A DNA stretch of 64,000 nucleotides from assembly GCA_028023455.1 (NCBI GenBank), contig JAQFVV010000004.1, positions 18,538,001-18,602,000 of the forward strand, read 5' to 3'. Under the pieces are notes generated by a model. That model ran no database searches, had not been told where the DNA came from, and saw nothing but the letters and a program-made list of their open reading frames with translations. The first letter of the stretch is position 1. The number at the start of each line of letters is the position of its first letter. Shown in pieces: positions 1 through 12,839 of this stretch. The DNA comes from Epiperipatus broadwayi. Its lineage: Eukaryota > Animalia > Onychophora. Both the position numbers and the translations under genes were made by a program.

Positions 1-229
1 ATTGTTAGAATGGATTTCTAATTTTAGGCAGGAAAATTTTTGATAATATTTATAAGACTAATACCATATATGTAATCAGATGAAAGATTGTCTTAAATAT
101 ATAGCAAATGAAACTATATTTTTAAATACCATGTGAAGTTATCTGTATGTTTTCTACAGTGAATTGCAACCTCAGCGAGCTGTAAGGTAACCTAGAAAAT
201 TAATTTGATCTCAAATTGTAACTTTTACC

Positions 230-400
230 TATGTGGAAAAATTGTTGGAGGAATCTTTCAAAAAAGCCATGGCTAAAAGTTTTTTTTTTACTTACTGAGA
301 CGAATGGTCACACTTCTGTAACAGATATAAGTGTTCTTGACATGAATGATGTAGTAAAATGTAAAGTTTTAACCAGTTGGATTTATAAAATTTATCTTTC
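230..400 (+). pseudogene. Possible decayed Penelope-type GIY-YIG fragment
   Basis: ETNGH..TDISVLD..VVKCKVL resembles the HKINCIDNISVLD..NRCKIYE peptide at 3920-4000 and shares the DNA ataagtgttcttga. Confidence 0.3.
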
Positions 401-658
401 CTATGAATCTATTGGGTTTGAATACAGATATAATTTGAATGTTACCAAACTACAATTTAAATATTGTGTTATGTAACGGATTATTAGAAAATACTGTGAT
501 TGAAACATCTAATGAAAAAGAATATTGAGGTATTTTGATAAAATTATGATGATATAAACATCTATTTTAATTTTACTATTGTTATAAAAAATATAATTAA
601 ATGTAATTTATTGAAAGCAGTTATGTGAAGTATATTTCCTTTCTTGTGAATGCAAAAC

Positions 659-1127
659 GGTGCTTTTCTCAAGAACTGGACGAGCCACCAGGTGGCACTG
701 CTGAACCACCAAGAAGCCTGCAATTGATAAATTTTTTTTTAATATTCGCTAAAAATCGCTTAATTTTAGAAATGGTACCCCCCCCCCCACCGCCGATTTG
801 TCTCGTGCGGGGGGGGTACCATTTCTAAAATGAAGCGATTTTTAGCGAATATTAAAAAAAAAATTTATCAATTGCAGGCTTCTTGGTGGTTCAGCAGCGC
901 CGCCTGGTGGCTCATCCAGTTCTTGAGAAAAGCACCGGTTTTTTTTTCAATTATACATTTCAATTTCAGCGCTTTTGACCGATTTGTCTCTTGCGGCGGG
1001 GGGGGGTTTACCATTTCTAAAATTAAGCGATTTTTAGCGAATATTAAAAAAAAAAATTATCAATTGCAGGCTTCTTGGTGGTTCGGCAGTGCTGCCTGGT
1101 GGCTCGTCCAGTTCTTGAGAAAAGCAC
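659..1127. repeat. Inverted repeat (659-788 / 809-936) plus a 186-bp tandem copy (793-978, 979-1127); MITE/fold-back-like
   Basis: Arms are reverse complements with a few mismatches. ccgatttgtctc recurs at 793 and 979. A diverged copy of the core lies at about 47200-47252. Confidence 0.9.
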
Positions 1128-3219
1128 CAGACAGTATATTAAAATAGAATATTAATACCAAATAATGTTTACCTTCATCAGCAATAGAATAGCATTTTTT
1201 GCCAATCTCTTAACATTATTTATTTTATCATCTCAATATTTACATTATAAACTTTAACAAGTTCAATTTATAAGAGAGAAAATTCAAAATTTAATTTATT
1301 CAACTTAGAAAGTAGTATTAGTGATTGTATAAAGCTAAAAATTGTTAAGAGAATTTTTATGCCAAAGTTTGCAACACTGATAATATCTTTATCAAGTGAT
1401 CTTATTATTAATTGTCAGTTCATTAGAATAAAAGGTGTTTTCAATCTAGAAAAAACTAGGTAAATATTTATCATTAATAGATTCTCCATTAAAAAAGTTA
1501 TACCTAATAATATTAGTCCAGGGATTAGTAATATTTTCAATATTTCAGTTCTCATTTTCATATTCAGATACAATTTGTATTTAGATAACATATAGAAATG
1601 GAATAATTACCTATGTATTCATAAATGGTACTTAAATGGTCTATCTTACAAAATGTTTTTAAGTTGCCTTTTTGCTGGGTTACTCATTTAAAGTGTTAAA
1701 ATAGTTTCAATATTAGTAATAATAAAAAAAAAAAACAGATAGTACAATGTAGTTATAAAAGTATTTCTTTTTTCCCCTAAATATAGATTCTCAGTGTCTG
1801 ACTTCTTTTGATGTTAATGTTTGTTTAGAATATGTTTGAAAGTAAATCTGACGTAATTGTAAATTTGGAGATGATCTTGTATAAATATATAACGTCTCTG
1901 ATTTTTCTTACAAAATGTTAATACTGTCAGGAAAATGATTATATTTAAATTATTTGTCAAATACAGATAGGATTTTTTAAATATATTTTAGTATGAGAGT
2001 TTCAGATACATGAGCCAAATTCTGAGATTGGGAGGATCAAGGAGAGTAGAAGTTTATATTCATTGACTGATGAAATATTTTACCTTGTTTATATATGAGC
2101 CCCAAGATTTTAAATGTTTTTTTCACTATGGTAGTAACATAAAGGTGGAAGGAGACCTTACTAGAAAAGTATTTTCAAGATCTTACTGACTATTTTTAGA
2201 AATGATTATTTTAAAATCATGAATAGAATAGGGGAACTGTACAATTTCAGATTTTTTTAAGTAGGAACAATAGAGCATTTGACTTTAATAGTCATAATTT
2301 TGTTGTTACTATACTATGTAGTAAAATTAACTATATTATTTTGCAATTATCAGCATAACAAAGAAGATAAAAGCATTTTATACTATCCCTGAGATCAGTA
2401 ATATTAAACAACAATGAGTTCAGAATACTATCTTGGAGTATTTCACTCGAGCAAAAGTAGAGTGAAGTTATATTATGATTACATTTAACAAAAGCAGTTC
2501 AGTAATGTACGAATAATTCAAACCATTTGACTAGTGACTTTGAAAGCCCTAAATTATATAATTTGACTAAGAGAATATTATGATCGATTTTGTCAAAGGC
2601 TTTAGACATATCAAAATAAATAACCTGATCTAATCATCTATAGCATGAGCAATCGATCCGATATGATGATTTGAGATTAGTTTTAATTGATTTATTGGAT
2701 AAGAAACAGTATTGATTGGGGACTAAAAGCTTGCTAATATATCAAATAATTTTGTCATAAATACATCACGCTAAATTTTGCATGTGAATGTAAGATCGAA
2801 ATAGACTTGTAATTGTTTGCTAAGTTTTTAGATCACTTTTTATAAATTGGAAAAACTTTTGCCCTTTTCAAAGTTGTGAGAAAGCTGACATTTCTTTTAG
2901 AACAGTTAAAAGAAGTAAAATGATTTACATTTTACCAAGAAATAATTTATGATAAAAGCTGTCTTAAATGAAAATAATTTATATAACTTAAAATAACATA
3001 ATAATAAACTGTATAGTAAATATTAAAAAATTATCTTAAAAAATTGGTATTTTTTTGAATAAATATTTCCAGTCTATAGATTTATTTTGTATTACTTCTT
3101 TTGACTATTAATATATTCTATATAACTGCATCTGATTGGTAGTACTACACTAAAACATTAAGTATACAGAAAAAGAATCAGAATTAAAACCAATTCTTTT
3201 TTATGTTGCACTTCAAGTA

Positions 3220-4390
3220 TACAATAGTCAAATATGTTTAAAAATACATATATATAAGCAACAAATATTACAAATTATAAAATTATCATAGAAAAGCCTT
3301 TTTCGGCAAATTATGTTTTTTGCCCTTTTCAATATGTCTCCACGCTTTAAAGCACGTACAGCGACATCTATATCAATACACGAGAGAACACAGATAAACA
3401 AAGGATATCTGACATGATCTATTATGTGATTTTTTTTTTTTCCCTCAATTCTACTACAAAATTATTCTGTTATATATATTGAATGGGTATATATCCACAT
3501 ATATTAATTAATTAACTATCCATTCTTTATCCATTAACCACTTATTATTTAACTTAATGGATGTTTTGTATATATTCATACAGTTGTTTTTATTATATAT
3601 GATATAGTTTGTTTCATATATTTTACGTCTATTAACATTTTTAATATAATCAAGAACACTTATATTATCAATACAATTTATTTTATGTCTGTACTGCAAA
3701 TAATGAACATATAACGCAGATCTATCATCTTTCCTAGCAATGGCATCATTGTGTTCTTTAGCTCTTTCTCCCAATTGCTTTGACGTCTGGCCATAATATG
3801 GTAATATGGTTTACTGTGGCCAGACGTCAAAGCAATTGGGAGAAAGATCTAAAGAACACAATGATGCTATTGCTAGAAAAGATGATAGATCTGCGTTATA
3901 TGTTCATTTTTTGCAGTACGGACATAAAATAAATTGTATTGATAATATAAGTGTTCTTGATTATATTAAAAATGTTAATAGATGTAAAATATATGAAACA
4001 AACTATATCATGTACAATAAAAACAACTGTATGAATATATACTAAACATCCATTAAGTTAAATAATAAGTGGTTAATGGATAAAGAATGGATAGTTAATT
4101 AATTAATATATGTGGATATATATCCATTCAATATATATAACAGAATAATTTTGTAGTAGAATTGAGGAAAAAAAAAAATCACATAATAGATCATGTCAGA
4201 TATCCATTTGTTTATCTGTGTTCTCTCATGTATTGATATAGATGTCGCTGTACGTGCTTTAAAGCGTGGAGACATATTGAAAAGGGCAAAAAACATAATT
4301 TGCCGAAAAAGGCTTTTTTATGATAATTTTATACTTTGAATATATTTGTTGCTTATATATATGTATTTTTAAACATATTTGACTATTGTA
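3220..4390. mobile_element. Penelope-like element remnant: two 5'-truncated copies head-to-head (arms 3220-3793 and 3817-4390), each with a GIY-YIG C-terminal part and 3' UTR
   Basis: About 570-bp arms are reverse complements. Both encode Y(Y/C)GQTSKQLGER(A/S)KEH..SALYVH..H.I..DNISVLD, the GIY-YIG endonuclease pattern of Penelope-like elements. Confidence 0.8.
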
Positions 4391-5673
4391 AAACATTAAG
4401 CAAATATTTTAGAAATACTTCAAAGAAAATATATCTATAATTATCTTTAATAATGGGATATTATTTCTTTATATTTACAGAAATTTGATTTTTACACTGT
4501 GATTAGTTAATGGAATACTATTAAATCCTAAAATTACAATATCAGTATACTTAGAGAAGCAATCATTATAAATAAAAAGGTTTTATCTTTTTTACCATAG
4601 TAATATTATCTCTTTTAATCGAAAGTACTATTAAGTTACAACTGCTATTAAATGTTGAAAGTAATAACCATTTAAATCCCTACCCACACCTCCCACAATT
4701 TTTTAAAGAAACTTGCTCTATTTTTTTTATACTGCATATTGCTTTTTTTTTTTTAAATTATTTCAAAATAATTTCAAATTTTTTTCTATAATAATTTATT
4801 TAATTATTTTATAATAATCAATGAATTTTACTAGTGCAGTGTCAGATTGTCTCTGACTTAATATTATGTACAGCACTAAGTAAGGTTTATTACCTTCTAT
4901 ATAGAATTAATCATTTTGTCTACAAATATATATTTAAAAAAAAACACATTTTTCTAGTTCAACTAATCCCCATTCTTGAAATGATATGCTTATTTTTGTA
5001 CTTTAAGTTTACCATTGTTCTTTTTTTAAAAAGTATATATCTCTTTCCACATTTCTTTCTTATATTTGTCTAGACTTTTTTTTTTATGCTAAAAAAAGTA
5101 TGCTTTTTGAAATTAACAAATGAAGAAGCTTCTGATATTGTTTGTGTTAGAAATTAGTTCTTTGGCAAAACTTTCTTCTGAAATGTTGACTAATTAAGTT
5201 ATCTGATGCATTAAAATTATTTTCTATTGTGAATGTTGTTGATTTACATTTTAATACAATTTCCTATCATCAGACTATTCAGCAGTAGATGAAAATTCTA
5301 TCTGTATCAATAAAAAGTATATTATGATTGTTATAAGTTAAAGGTTACATTTTTACAGAAATTTCTATTAACTAATAAATTAAATTTTATAACTCATTTT
5401 TTTAAAAGTTTAGCAGAATACAAATATTTTACTATCAAATTTATATTGAAATTTGGAAGAATATTTTTGCTAGCTGATTTTTTTTATATACACACATCCT
5501 TTTGACAGTATTTGTGCTATGTTCTTAAATTATATTTAGTGATTAATTAAAATTAAAGCTTGTTTTATTATTTGTTATGGTAAAAGTGTATATCTGCAAA
5601 GTAATATTTACATTTAATTTTGTATTACTAGTTATTATCTACCTACTTTTTCCTCTTTTTCTTTTTTTACTAG

Positions 5674-5851
5674 TTTTGCATTATAAGCTATTTCCAAAAT
5701 CTTTGGGTGAAGTACTCGAAAAGTTTTCCATTCAAGAGCTTCATCTAACTTTGACACAAGGACTTTGGCGGCATCAAAAGTGGGGTTATCCTTTAATTGA
5801 TGCCCCTCCTGGTGCTGAACTGTGGGCTTGGTTTCAGGAAGGTGTTGAAAA
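5674..5851 (+). CDS. PIGT: PIGT internal exon (first found in window): xLHYKLFPKSLGEVLEKFSIQELHLTLTQGLWRHQKWGYPLIDAPPGAELWAWFQEGVE
   Basis: Polypyrimidine tract + AG at 5672-5673; donor GTAAGT at 5852. Peptide resembles PIGT HYRLFPK..ELHLSFTQGFW..APSGAELWVWF. Starts phase 1, ends phase 2. Confidence 0.95.
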
Positions 5852-6880
5852 GTAAGTATTTGGATTTTGGCCAGTATTTATACATTTATATAACAGCATG
5901 TATATATTGCCAATTCTTGATCAATTATTTTCCAAGGGACCAGAGAAATTAAACAATATTTATATAAAAATGATAGAATGTAAGTCTATTAAAAATTATA
6001 GATAAGAAGCAATTTAATAATTATTTACTGAAATGCAATATATATATGTTATAATTCAAAACATTCCTTTCAAATATGTATTAAATATAACTTAATATTC
6101 AGATATTGTAATTCAATATGTTCCATTCTTACAATTTTCAAAATTGTGTGTGTGTATAAAATACAGTATACATATATTTTTGTTTAACAAATAGAGTTAA
6201 TATTAATTAAGTATAGTAATATTTTTTTTATAAATAATATCTAATCATTAATTTATTATAAAAAAAAATTAAATTTATATTTATTTAACTATGACAAATT
6301 TTACCATTCATTTACTTCAGAAAATATTAATAGAAAGTTGCAATTTCTCTTTTGCATAAACTTGTAATAGAGTGCGAAAAGTTTGGGGGAAGTTAAATCT
6401 TTTTTTTTAAAGTAAAATAATAAAAAAACAGTTACTGCATTTTGAATTACAAGAATTAATAGAGCAAGATAAATTATAATAGTTAATATAATTTTTAATA
6501 GAATAAAAATGTGAATTCAAATTTTTAAAAAAATATTCATTCTGAAAATATTATAATTTGTCAGTGATAGATACTAAAAAAAGGTAATTTGAAAAATGAT
6601 GTATGCCTATTTTTATAACATATTTCTATAGCTTTGAATTTGGGAACAATAGTATAATAAAAACAATTTATATTAATTTCGTGGATTGAAAATTGACTGT
6701 ATACCTTAAATGTATACTTGTGTGTCAGGACTTAACCAGCTAATTAGACAATAGAGTATAATCTCCCAAATTATTGTGAATATTTTACAATAAAATGAAA
6801 ATTTTTAAAAATTATAATTATTTTTCCAATCGATTATTAAAAAAAAAAAAAGAAATACAAAACTAGACTGAAATAAATTT

Positions 6881-7786
6881 AAACTAAAATAATGAGCATG
6901 CTAATAGCTCTAACAAACTTTATCGATAAATGCCGCAAGAGAAAGCATTTAAAATCTCTATCTAGAAACAATCCCCAAACCAGTTTCAAGCTATTGGCTA
7001 TCCTCAGTGAGGCGCTAGGATATTTCAGACACTAGATCCAAAATATTAACTTATTGCCAGCACTTATCTGATACTTAATTATTAAGTATAAAATCTGAAA
7101 TTTCCATGCACCTATATATCTTCAAATCCAGCTATCTAACTTAAATAGCTATATGGGTCTGAAAAATCTTCACCCACACCATAAATTAGTAGCTTTAGCA
7201 ATATAACATCGCTTAAGACTTAAAAGCAAAAACCATAATAGTAAATAAAATCAAGTCATACATCATGTGACTTAACTTGATAAACTTGGATTTATAAAGT
7301 AAAATAATGAGCGTGCTAATAGCTCTAACAGACTTTATCAATAAATGACGCAAAAGAAAGCATTTAAAATCTCTATCTAGAAACAATCCCAAAACCGGTT
7401 TCAAGCTATTGGCTACCCTCAGTGAGGCGCTACGATATTTCAGACACTAGATCCAAAATATTAACTCATTGCTAGCACTTATCTGATACTTAATTATTAA
7501 GTATAAAATCTGAAATTTCCACGCACCTATATATCTTCAAATCAAGCTATCTGTGCCTGAAAAATCTTCACCCACACCATATATTAGTAGCTTTAGCAAT
7601 ATAACATCGCTTAAGACTTAAAAGCAAAAACCATAATAGTAAATAAAATCAAGTCATACATCATGTGACTTGACTTAATAAACTTGGAATTATAAACTAA
7701 AATAATGAGCGTGCTAATAACTCTAACAAACTTTATCGATAAATGCCACAAGAGAAAGCATTTAAAATCTCTATCTAGAAACAATC
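6881..7786. repeat. Tandem repeat, about 2.2 units of 398-415 bp
   Basis: aatgagc(a/g)tgctaat recurs at 6891, 7306 and 7704; units are highly similar with scattered substitutions and indels. Confidence 0.92.
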
Positions 7787-8824
7787 AATAAATTAAAATT
7801 ATTTTTACTGTAATAAAAAGATTCCCATTTTCAAATTTACATATAATCAAGTTAATTCTAATGTTTCAATAATATTATTAACTAAATAAAAATAAATTAT
7901 TGAATAGCTCTTAAGAAGTTCAAGTGCCAGAAATATTAGAACTGAAATTGAATCGAGAAGTTTACTCTCCAGAGTTTAATGTTCTGCATGATCTAAAGTC
8001 CTCCAATCGACTCCAGTTTTACCATTTCTGGCACTCAAACTTTGTACGAACTCTTGGTAAAGCAATAAAACCATTCGATAATTTATTTTATTTTATAAAC
8101 ACATTAAAAGTTACTCAATTATATGTAAAAAAAATAATTATTTAATTGCAGCTTATTACTAGACAGCCATAAAGCTACTGATAATTTTTTTATTAAAGGT
8201 ATTTCATTTCTAGTTCTTTGGCAACAATCAATACTTTTTTTATATATAATCCATTAAAAAAATAACTGATTTTTTTTTTTTAATTTTACTGTGAGATATT
8301 CATAATTTAGTAAAAGCAGAAAATTAAAAATTACTATCAATAGTTAGCTCTAACAAAAATGATATAAACTGAAGTGTAAAGAAATAATCTTGATTGGTAA
8401 AAGTTATATACCATTATATTTTAATTGAAAAATTAATAATCTTTAATTATTTAATTAATGTTTCTGATAAAATCATGGTTAATTGTAATAAAGCTTGTTA
8501 AGTAATATATGATATTCTGTTTTTACAAAAGGATATGAGTGATGGAATTTTGAATCTTTAGAACTATTATTAACAAATATTTAGAATATTTATTGATCAT
8601 TATGTAGACAAGAGCATGCTATTTGTTCATTAATTTTAAAAAAAAAATTGCTTATACTTGACTTTACTTATATATGTTCTGAAGGTATATGCATAAATAT
8701 ACATACATAAATGTAATAATAAATAAATAGTTATGTATTAGAAATGTGTTTTACAATAAAAATATGTAAAGATTTTATTGTTAAATAATTTAATAAATAA
8801 AAAAAGTAAAGTAGAAGTTTTTTT

Positions 8825-9922
8825 GGGGTGCGGCCCGGGTGGCTTTGGCTCCTCCGTTTTCTGGTGGCGTGGGTGGGGGGGTGTTGAGCGTCGTTAAGTG
8901 TTGTCTTCTTATTTTCTGAGCCTGTTTGGTGGTGTACGGCCAACGTGTGGGTTTGCGATGTTTGGTGTTTTTTCTTTTCACTGTTGTTTAGGTTCAGGTT
9001 TAGGGGGGAGGGGGGTGTGGTGTGCCCTATTCTTTAGCCAGGTTAAGCCTGTTTCAGTTTTCTTTAGGGCGCCACCTTGCATTGTTTTAATGGTTGTCCG
9101 TACAGGGGGTTCAGTTGCCTGGTCAACGGGTGTGCAAGGCCCAGGTGGCTTTGAGCATTCCTCTCAGTTTTCATGGTGGCGTTGAGGTGGGGTGGGTGTT
9201 GCCGTCGTAAAGTTGAGGTTGTCTTCTTATTTCTGAGCACTTTAGTTATATGTGTAGAGATGTACTGGACCAACTGTGTTGCGGTTTAGCTGAAATCGTT
9301 TTGGTGTTATTTATCTTTTTAACATATGTATGTTTAAGTGTATCAGTGTTATTAGATGGAGTGGAGAGTGGTGGGTCGTGTGAAAGTCTGTGCTCATACC
9401 CTAATATTACATATATATAGACACAGGTATAAATAAGCCTATGTTTCAGTTATTACATTATAGAGATGTCTGCCCATCCTTGCATATGTATTTAATGGAT
9501 TATGTCCTGTACATGTGGGGTTCAGATTGACCTTAGGTCAACATGGGTGTGACAATAATCTCAGCCTCAGGGTGGCCTTTGAGCATTCCATCATCAGATT
9601 TTCAATTGGATGGACGGTTGAAGAGTTGGAGTGTGTAGATTGAAGCCTGTCGATTAAAGTATGAGGATTGTCTATCTTAATATATATCTGAGCACTTATA
9701 GTATATATGTGTAGAGATGATAATCTGGACCAACTGATGATTGCTGGTTTAGCATGAAATACGTATATTGGTGATTATTTATCTTTTTAACATATGTATG
9801 TTTAAGTGTATCAGTGTTATTAGATGGAGTGGAGAGTGGTGGGTCATGTGAAAGTCTGTGCTTATACCCTAATATTACATATATATAGACACAGGTATAA
9901 ATAAGCCTATGTTTCAGTTATT
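8825..9922 (+). repeat. Three-unit tandem array, each unit with a hammerhead-like motif; copies differ by dense indels
   Basis: ggtggc(c)tttg(a)gc, ccaac and aagcct(at)gtttcagtt anchors recur three times. 9310-9455 and 9780-9922 are near-identical. Confidence 0.8.
9729..9772 (+). ncRNA. Candidate minimal type I hammerhead ribozyme
   Basis: accaa-CTGATGA-t-tgct-ggttt-agca-t-GAAA-tacgta-TA-ttggt: core, stem II, palindromic stem III and 5-bp stem I accaa/ttggt. Lies in a noisy-looking stretch. Confidence 0.55.
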
Positions 9923-11559
9923 AAAGTTATTTAATTAAATGAAGAAAATTAATTTAAGAAGAATATGAGGACATTGAAGAACTTTCGATGGCATGACTTT
10001 GAAAATCATATTACCATATTAATCATATTAGAGAAACTGTTGACCAATGAAATATTAGATACAGCTTTATATAAAAAGGCCAGACTGATCTGAAGAGTTG
10101 ATCTATTGATTGGAAGAAATCCACTTTTTCAATGGAAAAAGAATTTATGCACAACATTAATAGTTGCTAAACATCATCTTAAGTAGATGCATTTACATAG
10201 ATTAATTCCTAAGTGATCTATTCTTAAAAGTCCAAAGTAAACCTATTGTTTAAAACAGATCATATAGATCTTAATTTTATAAGCCATAGGATCAAGTTTC
10301 ATAAGTATATAATTATATATATGTTTGGTTACTAAAGTAAGTTATATTAAATCATTTTCAATCATATTACATATGTTATTCTGTTTTAAATTATTAGTTA
10401 AATTATAATATAAATTTATTATATTTCTGACTTCAAGGTTATCACAGCTGGGCAATCACTGTTGAAATCAACTATTAAGAAAAATTAGCTATCCATAAAG
10501 GGAAATTTCAAACTAATGCCATCAGTTATGCAAGCTCCGATAGATAAGTTTGGTATGAGTGATGCTGGCAATAGGATAATCTACACTGAATATGAAGATT
10601 AAGTATTTTTAATGATTAAAAATAGCATCAATCAAATAATAAAAAGTAATTAAGATCACTAATAGGCTCTATGGACGGAATAAGCCTAAATGTTATCATT
10701 CTTGTGATCTACAAACCATTTTAGTCTGCACTCGTCTAGACAAATCTCTAGGCTTCATTTCAGAAACCATCATCAAGCTAGAAATGATAAAATAAAAGAC
10801 TATGACTATGGATCTTTAAGATTTGGCATAAATTGTGTGGAATTATTTTAGGAAAGCTGAATGCTGCAAATTTTTAAGCAAAAGGTACATCCAATAAATG
10901 AATAAAAAAGAGAGCAGCAAAATTGTAAAAAAGTCATCGCAAAATAAAATAGATTAAAAAGACAATACTAAAATAATTATAAAAAAAACTACACTTATTT
11001 TGATTGCAATCTAAACATGATCTAACTACAATTGTAAGTCAGATCTATATCTATGGAAGTAGATATTAGATTAGAGTATCTTTAATATTAATGCATGATC
11101 AAACTTCTGTTATCTCTAAAAATAAAAAGAAAGTGCCAGTTATTATAAAAAACTAAAAGCGTTAAAGGTAAATGATCATGTTGTCGAAATAAAAGGGATG
11201 GTTAAAAATCTTGTTAGAATAAGGTGAAGTAAATATAACTCAATCAATTAATAAAATTAATTGTCTTTACAGCTGTTATTACTATGTATGTGATTATGCA
11301 TATGGTAAATAAATATGCATGATCTTTACCAAAATCATCAACTTAGCGTGGTAAAATAACTGTTTTTTAACCTTTGAGTTTAAGTTCAAGAAATATGGTC
11401 TTTTTTCTCATCTAATAATTTTTAATTGAAATATCAGTTGAGTATTTTTCAAGGCAGGACGAATTTATGTAAGAAAACTAAATTATGCTTCTTATTCCCA
11501 GGAGGCTGTAAAGTTATCAGTTAAGTTAATGATTAGCAACTGAAAACAGATGTTGCTAA

Positions 11560-12500
11560 GAATTCCATGCTTGCAGACCAAGGCTGCCATTTGATGACAG
11601 GCCTTTTATTTAGATACAATTAGTAGATCACTTTCAAATGAAAGAAGATTGCATGAATTGAAGAAAAAAAAAAACTAGTATTAAATGATACTTTGTGAAG
11701 TTAGAAGGAAAGGTGAAAAGAGTCAGTTGATTTAAAAAGTAAATATGTACTTCACTGTAAAGTCACAAATATTGAAAGCACAAGTAATATGGAATTCATT
11801 ATAAATAAAAAATGTAAGAACAACATTGTGGAGATTGATAATATAGCAAACAGTGATAACATTAATGATTCTAATTAATAGAAGATACCAAATGCAAATA
11901 ATTCAGGTTTATGCCTCAACAAGTTCTAATTTCAGTGAAGAAATGGTGAAAAAATAATTGTTTTAAAAAGTAGGCAGAAACTTTACTACAAAAGCACAAG
12001 TGGAGTGGTATTTTTTATAAATAAAAAGTGGAAGAACAACATTGTGGAGATCGGCAAAATTAGTTATTCAAATTAATGAAAGATACGAAATGCAGAGCTT
12101 TCAGATTTATGCCCAGAAAGTTCGCATTGTACCAAAGAACTAAAGGATTTTATATGGATGTATAAAATGCTTTTAATCATTCCAAACAGTATTTTAAAAT
12201 TATCAGGGGAGGCTTTAATGCTAGAATTAGTAAATGGTTAAAAGATGAGAGAATTTTAAGTAAATTTGATTATGAAAACAGAAATGAGAAGGGATACGGA
12301 CTTTTTGGCTTTGCATAAAAAGAAAAATTATATATTGTGAATTCGTTGAGAGAAATGCTTAACAGAAATGAACTTGGAAGAATCCAAATGAAAATATAAC
12401 AGCATTAGATTAATGTGCATTTAATGTTCTTAATAGATTCAAAACAGGAAGTGATCATCAATTAATGAGATGTAAGAAATGTTATTGCAAACTTGAAAAC
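11560..12500 (+). mobile_element. Two decayed RTE-clade LINE 5' (endonuclease) fragments
   Basis: DNA matches the reverse complement of 43600-44030 (ataaataaaaagtggaagaacaa(c/t)attgtggagat; gataccaaatgca(a/g)ataattcaggtttat). Many stops and frameshifts. Confidence 0.75.
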
Positions 12501-12839
12501 TATTAAGAAAGTTATTATTAACAGTTGAAATTCCTAACCTTCAGCAACTGTACAATGAATTTAAATTAGAACTTTCAAAATATTTTAGAATATTAGGCAG
12601 ACTTTGAAAATAGTGTAGACTTGACTGAAAAATATCTATCCTTCTATTAAGAACACCAAGAAAAATGTACAAAAAAAGTAGCAATTCACCAGTAAATTTT
12701 TTTACTGAAACGACAATGTATGAAAAAAGAAAGATTATGAAATTTTTTTTTAATTAATTATTAAGAAGAATGGACCAAATAATGACTCACTCACATATGG
12801 CTCCCAAAGATTTTCATTTCTATTTTTCATAAACTTTTG

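Noticed and set aside
160-186. Possible PIGT micro-exon (tacag|t gaa ttg caa cct cag cga gct gta ag|gt; ELQPQRAV, like human ELQREGV)
   Set aside because: The available donors give phase 0 or 2, but the 5674 exon needs phase 1. It is too short to support without transcripts.
625-1147. ORFs 625-828 and 830-1147
   Set aside because: They are by-products of the GC-richer inverted repeat, with self-repeating peptides and no domain.
9940-10260. Possible Penelope RT-linker remnant (DTALYKK) next to the 8.8-9.9-kb array
   Set aside because: A single short motif in broken frames; it would matter if confirmed, but it is not supportable by eye.
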